A DNA stretch of 64,000 nt from Sulfolobales archaeon (GCA_038867615.1 JAWBYA010000007.1:1-64000); one strand, 5' to 3'; positions 20,144-29,458 are shown, numbered from the stretch's first letter. Translations and numbers: made by a program. Notes: a model not told the origin generated them from the letters alone.

Positions 20144-20494
20144 ATAGCCAGCTGTTTCAGGTTTCATGATGGTTTATAGGGGTTGATATTAAACCCGTAG
20201 TTCTGCAGTAATGGAACATAGTATAAGCTCTGTATTTTATTGGAATGCCCGCCCAACAATGAGGGTAGAGATAGAGACCCGAGTGGGCGGGTTAAAGGCA
20301 AAGAGATCCAGGATGTGGAGGTTTTCCCCACAGCAATGAACCCGAGCAATGCTATGAAGGGGAGCTGTGGGTTAGGGTCACCCCGAATGGGTGGAGGCCA
20401 ATGATAAGGGCTCCAATGAAAGGAGCCCTGAGGCCCATGAAGCCAAGGGAAGAGCAGTTGGTATAAAAATCAACCGCAATGAAGCCCGAACCCC
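20144..20494 (+). mobile_element. Non-autonomous IS-derived element (MITE-like), copy 1, carrying promoter + multi-K-turn RNA
   Basis: Colinear homolog of 27768-28113 (inverted); ends CC|ATAGCCAGCTG ... GAAGCCCGAACCCC; precise insertion in a gene. Confidence 0.88.
20247..20494 (+). ncRNA. Predicted multi-kink-turn RNA (TnpB omega-RNA-like), copy 1
   Basis: Repeated helix-NAT-GA...GA-helix K-turn motifs, conserved and covarying with copy 2. Confidence 0.65.
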
Positions 20495-20922
20495 TGGTTT
20501 TCCTCCTCATAGCCTTTCTACTCAGCATTGGTGTGAGGTCACGTGTTCTCGGACTATTCTTCGGATATGGTGCTGCTGTCCATATACTCTTCATCATAAC
20601 TATTATTACGCAAGCTATTATTACACAGGGCGCGCTACCTCTAGACCCATTCCTACCAGGTATCTTGATATTATTGCTAGGAATTCCAGCTGTATTGGCA
20701 TTATTGCTAGGAATCGCGGCGATAAAGAGGCTCTAAAACCCGGAGAGCAGCATGGTAGTTTGGGATTAAAAATCGGTGGATTTTTCTGCTCAATGTCTTT
20801 GGGGATTGTGTAAGCTGTTCCAGAGGGCTCGTGGGTTTGGTGAAACCTATAGGGGCTGGTCGGGATCCTTATGCTTGTGACATTCTCCTACACGGTCTCC
20901 TTATGAAATAGAGGATCTCTGT

Positions 20923-22128
20923 TTACTCTCCCCACACTCTCTTGACTAGTCTCAGTATATTGCCTCCAATTACTTTCGCTATCTCTTGGTCTGAGTATCC
21001 GTTCTTTACGAGCCATCTGATTATATTCCTATATTCTGAGGGGTTTTCGAGGCCGTCGACATACTCTACTCTTGGGAATGGTGGTAGGTTCTCCTCGATG
21101 CTTGTTAGTGCTAGGTATTCTCTGAAGGCTCTGTGGAGCGCCACATGGTCTCCGAAGAGTGTGTCTGGTCCGAATGCTACATGGTCTATCCCCACGAGTT
21201 TCTCTATGTATTGGAAGTGCTCCATAACGCTCTCAATACTATGTCTAGGATTATTCTTGGTTATCGTTGTGTGGGGCGCGGCTTCTACACCGAATACTCC
21301 TCCCTTCTCTGCTAATGCCTGTATAACCTCGTCTGGCTTCATTCTTCTCGATGGCCATAGGGCTCTCGCACCGGCGTGGGTTATTGCTACAGGGTCTTTA
21401 GAGGCTTCTATGGTGTCGAGGCTTGTTTTATCACCCGCGTGTGCTAGGTCTATTAGCATGCCCAGCTTATTCATCCTCCTAACAAGCTCGTATCCAAGGT
21501 CTGTTAACCCTCTATCAATCTTATCCGCTAACCCTGAGCCAAACTCGTTACCCCTGCTATAGGCGATCCCCATGCATCTAACACCAAGTCCGTAGAGTAT
21601 ATCTACTCTAGAGATATCCTCCCTAATGTTTGGAGGCCCCTCAAGGTGTATGACCATCGCTATCCTACCCTCCCTATATGCTTTCTCAATATCGCTGGCT
21701 CTTCTTGCGACGAACACCAGATCTTGGTGATCCAGATCTGCTTGAACCATGCCTATCTGGTGGATCACGTTATCCCAGTCCCACGGATCCATGGATCTCA
21801 TGAGGGCTATACCATCCTGGAGACCCTCGAAGAAAGCATCAAGCCCCGAGGCAGCAAGCCCTTCGTACCCGATCCAGAGCCTACCGATCCTCTCATACTC
21901 AATAAACTCTGAGGGATCTTCCGGGAATACTTCAGCATGATCGTGGAACGAGATCACTATGTTCTTCTCAATAATCTCCTCCACCCTCTCCTCCTCAGCC
22001 TTACTCAAAGGAATCGTTTTTGAAGGAACCCTACCTATCTCTTTAGCTAGCTTGAAGGGCTTGTAATCCCTCCCCGGCTCTAAGAACGACCAGGATCTAT
22101 ACCCAGAATATTTCTTCCTAAGACCCGT
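20923..22128 (-). CDS. Membrane dipeptidase (peptidase M19); apparent ACG start
   Basis: SFHDH, HLEG, IDLAHAG, THAG, GIDHVAFGPD; frame open 40 codons above the TTG (GLRKKYSGYRSWSFLEPGRDYKPFKLAKEIGRVP). Confidence 0.85.
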   Translation of the reverse strand, partial: TGLRKKYSGYRSWSFLEPGRDYKPFKLAKEIGRVPSKTIPLSKAEEERVEEIIEKNIVISFHDHAEVFPEDPSEFIEYERIGRLWIGYEGLAASGLDAFFEGLQDGIALMRSMDPWDWDNVIHQIGMVQADLDHQDLVFVARRASDIEKAYREGRIAMVIHLEGPPNIREDISRVDILYGLGVRCMGIAYSRGNEFGSGLADKIDRGLTDLGYELVRRMNKLGMLIDLAHAGDKTSLDTIEASKDPVAITHAGARALWPSRRMKPDEVIQALAEKGGVFGVEAAPHTTITKNNPRHSIESVMEHFQYIEKLVGIDHVAFGPDTLFGDHVALHRAFREYLALTSIEENLPPFPRVEYVDGLENPSEYRNIIRWLVKNGYSDQEIAKVIGGNILRLVKRVWGE

Positions 22129-22274
22129 AGACTCCCCCTCCCTACATAGAGGGTGAAGATTAATATATCATGATATCCTTGCTGTGGCTATCACTATTCT
22201 CCGCATTGTTAGGGATTTTACTTATTCGTAAACGATAAACCCCTTGGTTAGATATTTTCTTTCTTCACCGGCTG

Positions 22275-22688
22275 TTACGGCTCTGTGCTTTTTGTCTGGA
22301 GGCAGGTTTTAACTATGGTCTCTGATAATTCCTCTGGATCTGTTCTATTGCTCAGCTCTATCTTATAACCTATGCCTAGGTGTTTAAAACCCTCTATAAG
22401 TAGTATGTCTACCTTATCTTCTATGCTCTTCAGAACCTCTGCAAGGCTTGTATCCCTCATAAACATAGCAACCCTCTCCCCAGACCCCATAACCACTATC
22501 GAGTAGTCGGCAAACCCTTCCTCCATGTATCTCCAGGAATCCTTATGCGCCACATCAATCTGGTGGTGGGTGTGTTTCAGAACAGCAACTCTATAGCCCA
22601 TTGCTTTTAGTTTCCTAACAGCCTTGACAATCCCGCTGGTTTTGCCAGAGCCGCTGGGGCCTATAACCTGAACGATGCACTTCACCAT
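22275..22688 (-). CDS. mobB: Molybdopterin-guanine dinucleotide biosynthesis protein MobB
   Basis: GPSGSGKT, VAVLKHTHH, KDSWR, LIEGFK. Confidence 0.88.
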   Translation of the reverse strand: MVKCIVQVIGPSGSGKTSGIVKAVRKLKAMGYRVAVLKHTHHQIDVAHKDSWRYMEEGFADYSIVVMGSGERVAMFMRDTSLAEVLKSIEDKVDILLIEGFKHLGIGYKIELSNRTDPEELSETIVKTCLQTKSTEP

Positions 22689-22802
22689 TATATATGCTCC
22701 TGCTCTGGTTTCACCGGAGAGCCTTTATCTCTACCCATGTTCCGAGTCGGCTCCTAGCTGTGTAGCTCTACTTTAGCTCTTAACAGACCTTCTCCAGGCT
22801 AG

Positions 22803-24680
22803 GTGTTGGTTTATTTTTATCTCTGCTGTGATTATTACTCGGTGCCCAGGTTGAAGGGTTTATGGGGTAAGGCTTTATGGGTGGATCTTTCTAGGAGGGA
22901 GGTTAGGGTTTGGGAGTATCCCGGGGATTATGCTGTTAACTACATCGGTGGGAGGGGTTTTGCTGCCAAGATCCTCTGGGACTTTCTACCTCCTGGCACT
23001 GATCCCTTGTCTCCCGATAATATTCTCATCTTCGCCGCAGGTCCCCTCACGGGTCTAGCTGTTAATAGTGGTAAGATTGTTGTTGCTGCTAAGAGTCCTC
23101 TCACAGGTGGCTATGGTGATGGTAATATCGGATCTCAGTTTGGGATCGGGCTTAGGAGGTCTGGTTTCGATGCCCTGATCGTTACTGGGAGGGCTAGGAA
23201 GCCCTCGTATATCTATATTGAGAATGGCGAGGCCCATATACTAAGCGCTGAGGCTCTGTGGGGCTCTAGCGCTGTTGAGTGTGAGAGGAGGATTAAGGAG
23301 GTCCATGGCGGGGGTGTTGGTGTTGCCTGTATAGGGCCTGCGGGTGAGAATCTAGTCAAATTCTCTGTGGTTGTATCGCAGGCTGGGAGGGCTGGGGGTA
23401 GGCCTGGTATTGGTGCTGTTATGGGTAGTAAGAGGCTTAAGGCCGTTGCTGCTGTGGGTGATAAGGAGATCCCGGTAGCCGATCCTAGAGAGGTTAGGAA
23501 GCTATACGTAGACTCCGTAGGGGATATCAAGGGTAAGGATGGCTATGACTTCTGGGTTAGGCAGGGTACTATGGCTACTGTAGAGTGGGGTCAGACGGCA
23601 TCTGTTCTCCCCGCATATAACTTCAGAGAGGGGGTTTTCGACGGCTATAGGTTGATAGACGGCTATTCCATGGAGGCTTCCAAGGTTGCCCTCAGATCAT
23701 GCCCCCTCTGCGCAATGCCCTGTGGTAATGTTGTTGTTGATTCCGGGGGTAAGGAGGCTGAGCTTGACTATGAGAATGTCGCGATGCTCGGCTCCAACAT
23801 AGGTTTAGCCCACCTTGGTCATGTGGCTAGGCTTAACAGGATTGCGGATGAGACGGGTATGGATACCATATCCCTCGGATCCGTTATAGCCTTCGCTATG
23901 GAGGCTTCCGAGAAGAAGCTTATTAAGGATAAGATCGAGTGGGGCGATCACAAGGCTGCGGAGAGACTGGCAAGCGATATAGCGTATAGAAGGGGTTCTC
24001 TGGGAAGCCTCTTAGCAGAGGGGGTTAGGATTGCTTCAGAAAAGATCGGTGGAGGGTCGGGGGATTGGGCTATGCATGTCAAGGGCCTCGAGATCTCTGC
24101 ATACGACTGCCACGCAGCCCCGGCAATGGCTCTGGCTTATGGGACATCACCTATAGGGGCTCATCATAAGGATGCATGGATAATATCGTGGGAGGTTAGG
24201 ACAGGGAGGCATGAGTATAGCGAGGCTAAGGTGGATAAGCTTATAGAGCTCCAGAGACTAAGGGGAGGTATATTCGAGACCCTTGTGGCATGTAGATTCC
24301 CATGGATCGAGCTGGGCTTCGAGCTAGAATGGTATCCAAGGATATTCAAAGCCGTAACAGGTAGAACGATAACGATGGAGGAGTTCTTAGAGGTAGCGGA
24401 TAGAATATATACATTGATAAGAGCGCTATGGGTAAGGGAATACGGAACATGGGATCCCCAGATGGACACACCGCCAGCAAGATGGTTCAAAGAGCCTCTA
24501 ACAAAAGGCCCGCTGGCAGGCGCAAAACTAGATCTAGAGAAATACCACTGGATGCTCCAGAAATACTACGAGAAACGGGGATGGGATGAGAGAGGAATAC
24601 CCAGGAAATCAACACTGAGAAAACTAGGGCTAGAATACACAATACCAGAGCTAGAGAAACGCGTAACACTGAAGGAATAA
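22803..24680 (+). CDS. aor: Aldehyde:ferredoxin oxidoreductase family (tungsten); start likely GTG at 22842
   Basis: AKSPLTG, IGPAGEN, GRPGIGAVMGSK, CPLCAMPC, DYEN, GMDTIS. Confidence 0.93.
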   Translation: MLVYFYLCCDYYSVPRLKGLWGKALWVDLSRREVRVWEYPGDYAVNYIGGRGFAAKILWDFLPPGTDPLSPDNILIFAAGPLTGLAVNSGKIVVAAKSPLTGGYGDGNIGSQFGIGLRRSGFDALIVTGRARKPSYIYIENGEAHILSAEALWGSSAVECERRIKEVHGGGVGVACIGPAGENLVKFSVVVSQAGRAGGRPGIGAVMGSKRLKAVAAVGDKEIPVADPREVRKLYVDSVGDIKGKDGYDFWVRQGTMATVEWGQTASVLPAYNFREGVFDGYRLIDGYSMEASKVALRSCPLCAMPCGNVVVDSGGKEAELDYENVAMLGSNIGLAHLGHVARLNRIADETGMDTISLGSVIAFAMEASEKKLIKDKIEWGDHKAAERLASDIAYRRGSLGSLLAEGVRIASEKIGGGSGDWAMHVKGLEISAYDCHAAPAMALAYGTSPIGAHHKDAWIISWEVRTGRHEYSEAKVDKLIELQRLRGGIFETLVACRFPWIELGFELEWYPRIFKAVTGRTITMEEFLEVADRIYTLIRALWVREYGTWDPQMDTPPARWFKEPLTKGPLAGAKLDLEKYHWMLQKYYEKRGWDERGIPRKSTLRKLGLEYTIPELEKRVTLKE

Positions 24681-24939
24681 CCTTCGAACCCTAAACCAGC
24701 AGGTCTGAGTCTACGTCCTATCCCCCTAAAACAGATCTCGAACCCCTAATGAGAAGATCCCAAGAGACGTGCGAAGCCAGGGGTAGGGTAGCCAGTAGCA
24801 GGCGTGCTGGTCACAGTGAAGCAATCCATGCGCGATCAATCTTTGTTTTCTCCATGGGGTCTATTATTTTTAAGGATTCTTCGTGTTGAAGGAAAGATGT
24901 TATAAATATGTGAGGGCAAGATCTACATATGTGGGTTGT

Positions 24940-25350
24940 ATGGGGTACTATAGAGCTGCCCTTGCGTTTTGCATAATGGGGAGTATATTCTTGACATTCG
25001 CGTTCGTTTTTGCTCTTTTCATGCAGTTCTCGCCACAATCAGGTTCTGGCTGGCTTGCCTCTATATTTGTTCCTATCGCAATTATAGTCTATGTTCTAGC
25101 ACCATGGATTCTGGGCCTGATCTCCTTTCTCCTAGCATTTCTTCTCAGCATTGGTGAGAGATCAGCGGTTCTCGGATTATTCTTTGGATATGCCGCTGCT
25201 CTCCACGTAATTTTCATCGCGATCCTCTTTGTGGTTGGAGGCATATCTGGGCTGATCGGTGTGCTTCGCTCGGAGACCGGGATGGTGATGCTAGGGATCC
25301 CTGTCGTGGTAGCACTATTACTAGGGATCGCGGCTGCCAGGAGATTCTGA
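24940..25350 (+). CDS. Small multi-pass membrane protein
   Basis: About 4 TM segments; TATAAATA at 24901; paralog of the pseudogene at 19979. Confidence 0.75.
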   Translation: MGYYRAALAFCIMGSIFLTFAFVFALFMQFSPQSGSGWLASIFVPIAIIVYVLAPWILGLISFLLAFLLSIGERSAVLGLFFGYAAALHVIFIAILFVVGGISGLIGVLRSETGMVMLGIPVVVALLLGIAAARRF

Positions 25351-25627
25351 ACGTGATCACCTTGACCAGGAGAGGAAGAAGCATTGCGACCCCCTTTTTG
25401 TCTCGATAATTAGATCTGACCGTTGTAGTTATTCGAGAATCATAACTATGCTGGGGATCTTTTACTGGGTAGTCTGTATCTTTCTTCTATCTATTTTAGA
25501 GACGCTCTACGGGCGTCTTTATAACGATAAACATGTTTTAATATGTAAAGCTAGCTAGTGTGTTTGTTCCTAGATCTCTCTTGATCGGTTTACTTTATAA
25601 AACATATTAGGTGTGGTGCGGTGATTC

Positions 25628-26626
25628 TTGTGGTGTGGTTGTGTGATTAGAGGTTTGCATCATATAACTGCTCTTGCTAGCGATCCTCAGGTTAATCTTG
25701 ATTTCTATGTGGGTGTTTTGGGGTTGAGGCTTGTTAAGATCAGTGTTAACCAGGATGATCCTGGTGTTTATCATTTCTTCTATGCTGATGAGAAGGGCTC
25801 TCCCGGAACTGATCTCACCTTCTTCCCCTATGTTGGTATCGATAGAGGTGTGCTTGGCTATGGCGTTTCTACCAGGGTTTATTTCTCGATACCCCTTGAC
25901 TCGCTTGATTACTGGCTTGAGAGGCTTAGAAGTTTTGGTATCCATTATAGTGAGCCTAGGAGGACTGAGGATGGTGTTGTGGTTGAGTTCAACGGGCCTG
26001 ATGATTTTCCCCTAGCCCTTGTGGCTCATAAGGAGGCTGATGATAAGGAGATCTATCCGTGGAGGGATAGCCCTGTTCCTAGCGAGCATTTCCTCAGAGG
26101 CTTCCATAAGGCCGAGATCACGGTTATAAGTTGTAAGCATAGCGGCTGGTTCTTGGAAGAGGTGCTGGGGTTTAGAAAGATCCGCGAGGGGAGTGATAGT
26201 GCTAGATATGCTGCTGGGGATGGGGGTTCGGGATCTATTATAGATGTTCTATGCCCACCAGGGCTTAGCACTGGCTACGTTGGTGCTGGAACCGTGCACC
26301 ATATTGCTTGGAGCGTTGATGGGGATCGAGAGCAGGTTTTCTATAGAGAAAGGCTCTCAAGACTGGGCTTTGGGGTAACCCCTGTTATTGATAGGAAGTG
26401 GTTCAGATCGATATACTTCAGAGAACCTGGCCACGTGCTATACGAGATAGCAACCAAAGGCCCTGGGTTTGATGTTGACGAGCCTCCGGAAAGGCTTGGC
26501 AGCGATCTAGTACTCCCAGAATGGCTCGAGCCCCAGAGGGGCTGGATTGAGAGGATACTGCCCCAGATAAGGCTGCCCAATGGCAAGAAGATCCCTTCTA
26601 GATATGTTGACAGAAATCCACGCTAG
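25628..26626 (+). CDS. Ring-cleaving dioxygenase, VOC family (MhqO/MhqA-like)
   Basis: GLHHIT, LRLVK.SVNQDDP..YH, GTVHHIAW, DRKWFRSIYFREPGHVLYEIAT. Confidence 0.9.
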   Translation: MWCGCVIRGLHHITALASDPQVNLDFYVGVLGLRLVKISVNQDDPGVYHFFYADEKGSPGTDLTFFPYVGIDRGVLGYGVSTRVYFSIPLDSLDYWLERLRSFGIHYSEPRRTEDGVVVEFNGPDDFPLALVAHKEADDKEIYPWRDSPVPSEHFLRGFHKAEITVISCKHSGWFLEEVLGFRKIREGSDSARYAAGDGGSGSIIDVLCPPGLSTGYVGAGTVHHIAWSVDGDREQVFYRERLSRLGFGVTPVIDRKWFRSIYFREPGHVLYEIATKGPGFDVDEPPERLGSDLVLPEWLEPQRGWIERILPQIRLPNGKKIPSRYVDRNPR

Positions 26627-26663
26627 TGTGTGTAGATAGCATGTCGCTATATATAAACCAGCT

Positions 26664-27374
26664 ATGACATTGAGCGGAGGGTCTTGGTTGGAGCCTATAA
26701 GGGGAGAGATCCTTGGTTATAAATATATATACATAGGCTCTAGGAATAGCTATACATTACTCCTCCTACACGGGACAGGAGGGAGTGAAGAGGATCTCGT
26801 ACCCCTAGCAAGAGCCATAGACCCTGATGCGGGTATTCTAAGCCCTAGGGGTAAGGTTGTTGAGAACGGAATGCATAGGTTCTTTCGCAGGCTCGCTCCC
26901 GGGGTATATGATCTTGATGATCTTAGATACAGGGCTGAAGAGCTTGGTGATTTTATAGAGATAGCCTCTCACCAACACGGTTTCGATAGATCTAGGCTAA
27001 TAGCTCTGGGCTATTCAAACGGGGCTAACATTGCCATCGCAACAATGCTGCTGAGACCAGGATCTATGGCTGGAGCAATCCTCATAAGACCATACTTCCC
27101 CGTAGATCTCGGTGTAAAGCCTGATCTAAAGGGTAAGGAGATCCTCATAACAGCTGGGGAGAAGGACCCCATAGCACCCCTAGGATCGGTTCTAGAACTT
27201 GGCGAGAAACTCAAAGCCCTAGGAGCATCCGTAGAGCTCAAAGTGATAGCTGCTGACCATGGGATCGTGAGAAGCGATATAGAGACTATAAAAACATGGC
27301 TCCCAAAAACATATGAGAAGATCAAAGGCAAGCCAGGTAAACCGGATCCAAGCTCTCTAGCCGATATTTATTAA
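26664..27374 (+). CDS. Alpha/beta hydrolase, carboxylesterase (MhqD-like)
   Basis: LLHGTGGSE, RFFRR, GYSNGA nucleophile motif. Confidence 0.88.
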   Translation: MTLSGGSWLEPIRGEILGYKYIYIGSRNSYTLLLLHGTGGSEEDLVPLARAIDPDAGILSPRGKVVENGMHRFFRRLAPGVYDLDDLRYRAEELGDFIEIASHQHGFDRSRLIALGYSNGANIAIATMLLRPGSMAGAILIRPYFPVDLGVKPDLKGKEILITAGEKDPIAPLGSVLELGEKLKALGASVELKVIAADHGIVRSDIETIKTWLPKTYEKIKGKPGKPDPSSLADIY

Positions 27375-27382
27375 CCCAGCCA

Positions 27383-27739
27383 TTGCTACTCTTGAGTGTG
27401 GACAGCATGGCATGGAGAAGGGTTTTCTCCGAAAAAGCCCTCGAAGCTGCTGGGGGATCTGTTGCTGTTAAGGTTGATGATAAGGTGATCTTCGTAGCAA
27501 AGGTGGGGGATAAGCTATACGCTATCGATGCCGTGTGCACCCATGTGAAATGTATTCTAGGGAGCCTTGATAGGGAGAGGCTCACGGTTAGGTGTTGGTG
27601 CCATGGTGCTGTCTTTGATCTTAGGAGTGGCAGTATGATCGAGCCTCCAAGCGTTGCTCCCAACTTCCCCAAGGAGAAGATGGGCCTGAGGGTATTCAAT
27701 GCTAGGATTAATAATGGGTGGGTCGAGCTAGATATCTAG
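27383..27739 (+). CDS. Rieske [2Fe-2S] ferredoxin (start probably ATG at 27407)
   Basis: CTH...CWCHGAVFD. Confidence 0.88.
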   Translation: MLLLSVDSMAWRRVFSEKALEAAGGSVAVKVDDKVIFVAKVGDKLYAIDAVCTHVKCILGSLDRERLTVRCWCHGAVFDLRSGSMIEPPSVAPNFPKEKMGLRVFNARINNGWVELDI

Positions 27740-27767
27740 ATCTCGCAACCATTATAACCTCTAGCTG

Positions 27768-28113
27768 GGGGTTCGGGCTTCATTGCGGTTGATATCGCTT
27801 GATATCAACCGCTCTTCCCTTGGCTTCATAGGCCTCAGAACCCCTTTCGTTGGAGCCCATATCATTGGCCTCCACCCATTCGGGGTGACCCCTACCCACA
27901 GCTCCCCTTCATAGATTTTCTCTGGTTCATTGCTGTGGGGAAACCCCACATCCTGGTTTTTATTTATCCCACCCCTCGGGTCTTTATCCCCACCCTCATT
28001 GTTGGGCGGGCGTCCCATAGAATAACAGGGCTTATATAATGTTCCATCATTGCAGAACTGCGATTCAATATCAATCCTTATAAACCATCATGAAACTCGA
28101 AGCAGCTGGCTAC
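27768..28113 (-). mobile_element. Non-autonomous element copy 2 (promoter + multi-K-turn RNA)
   Basis: Minus strand CC|GTAGCCAGCTG...TTATATAAG...GCGGTTGATATC-AAGC-GATATCAACCGC AATGAAGCCCGAACCCC. Confidence 0.88.
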
Positions 28114-28166
28114 GGCGGCGAGCCCAGGGTTTAGGGAGATCTGTTATGGTTATGTATTCTGTGTCT

Positions 28167-28265
28167 CCATGGTAGCTGTACCTTTGTTACATAGGCTGGA
28201 TATGGTGTTCAGGCTCGACAGTAGTTGATAACAAACAATATTAACCGCAATGAAAGCCAAACCCC
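28167..28265 (+). repeat. Degenerate/mini derivative of the element (clear right end, possible left end)
   Basis: GTAGTTGATA...TATTAACCGCAATGAAAGCCAAACCCC matches the right end; CCATGGTAGCTGT resembles the left end. Confidence 0.55.
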
Positions 28266-28283
28266 CTCTAAATAGGTTTATTG

Positions 28284-28910
28284 TTACAAGTTCTCCTTGA
28301 CAGCTATTAATATTCCAGCCTCTGTTGGTATTATTGTTGATTTCCAGGGTTTATTCTCGGCTTTTTCAAAGAGTTCTCTTGGAGGAGGCTTTGGATGTAT
28401 AGCATTATGAAATGCCGTTATCCCTCCAGTCCTGAGGGGTTTTCTTAAGGCGTCTAAGACCTCTGGGTATCTATCCTTTTCAATGTCTATAAAAGCGTAG
28501 TCCACGCTCTCCTCCTCTAAATTTTCTAAGTACTTGACAGCATCGCCTTTAACCACGTCTACTTCTACATTCTTCACTCCAAGGCTTTCCAAAACCCATT
28601 TTAAGTTCTTACCGAGTTTCTCAAACCTATCGTTCTTAATCTCTAAAGCCACCACCTTACAGTTTTCCAAGCACCTCTCAGAAACCCCAGCTATTATCCA
28701 GAGTGTTGAGTAACCTATGCCGGCTCCCGCATCCAAAGCTAGAGTGTTCCTACTCTTAGAGGCTATGAAAGCCAGACTCATAATGATGAGGCCATCGGTA
28801 AAGGACACCGCGGGTATGCCGTATGAAACGGATTCCCTATAGAGATCCTCGGAAAGCTTCAAAAGTCTCTCGAAACTAATGAAATCCTCTAAACCCAAGC
28901 CTCTAACCAC
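28284..28910 (-). CDS. SAM-dependent O-methyltransferase family protein
   Basis: LDAGAGIGYSTLW, GDA, FIDIEK..Y, HNA. Confidence 0.85.
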   Translation of the reverse strand: MVRGLGLEDFISFERLLKLSEDLYRESVSYGIPAVSFTDGLIIMSLAFIASKSRNTLALDAGAGIGYSTLWIIAGVSERCLENCKVVALEIKNDRFEKLGKNLKWVLESLGVKNVEVDVVKGDAVKYLENLEEESVDYAFIDIEKDRYPEVLDALRKPLRTGGITAFHNAIHPKPPPRELFEKAENKPWKSTIIPTEAGILIAVKENL

Positions 28911-29122
28911 CCACAGGGTATACGACCCCTTCAGGATTTAAACTTTCAATGCGCACCAATCCTATAAGGTAGTATAGGAGCCCCTTGGGAGGAGATCTGA
29001 TCCCCCTCAACTTAAGATATACTTTACCTCTAGCCTCCCAGAGATTTCGGGCTTAGGATCCCAGGCTTGGGGGTTAGAGGTTCGGCTATCGGGTTTTTGA
29101 TCCTTGTGGGGCTTGATCTTGG

Positions 29123-29458
29123 TTAGGGTTTGGGGCTGGTTTTTATCGATCTATATAGTTCTTCTATTCTTAGCGCTAGCTCTATATCCCATTGTGTTAT
29201 TCCTCCAGCGTCGTGGGTTGTTAGGGATACTTTCACGTTGTTATAGTTGAATATACATATATCTGGGTGGTGTTCCATCTCTTCAGCTATATCCTTAACC
29301 CTCTCTATGAAGTTCACGGCTTCTACGAAGTCTTTGAATCTATAGCGCTTTACTATCGATCTAACCTTACCCCTAGTGATCCTCCATCCTCTCAATCCTT
29401 TGCTCCTAAGCTCCTCCTTGATCTCCTCTATGTTTTTGAAGGGCTCTCTGGGGAGCAT
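29123..29458 (-). CDS. Pterin-4-alpha-carbinolamine dehydratase
   Basis: FKDF..A, AEEMEHHPD, LTTHDAGGIT..D. Confidence 0.92.
   Translation of the reverse strand: MLPREPFKNIEEIKEELRSKGLRGWRITRGKVRSIVKRYRFKDFVEAVNFIERVKDIAEEMEHHPDICIFNYNNVKVSLTTHDAGGITQWDIELALRIEELYRSIKTSPKP

Larger units (their letters stand above)
19979..20736 (+). pseudogene. Membrane-protein pseudogene (paralog of 24940-25350), frameshifted and interrupted by the 351-bp element
   Basis: MGYYRAALA start as in the paralog; +2 frameshift near 20017; removing 20144-20494 restores WLLSLVFLLIAFLLSIG versus WILGLISFLLAFLLSIG. Confidence 0.85.

Noticed and set aside
24680-24800. Weak similarity to G/T-rich stretches at 29040-29120 and 45320-45400
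   Set aside because: May be a decayed repeat family, but cannot be separated from low-complexity composition without alignment statistics.
27761-28018. 85-aa ORF within element copy 2, and ORFs 20352-20813 over copy 1
   Set aside because: Frame not conserved between copies; conservation follows RNA pairing instead. 20479-20736 is the pseudogene's 3' half.
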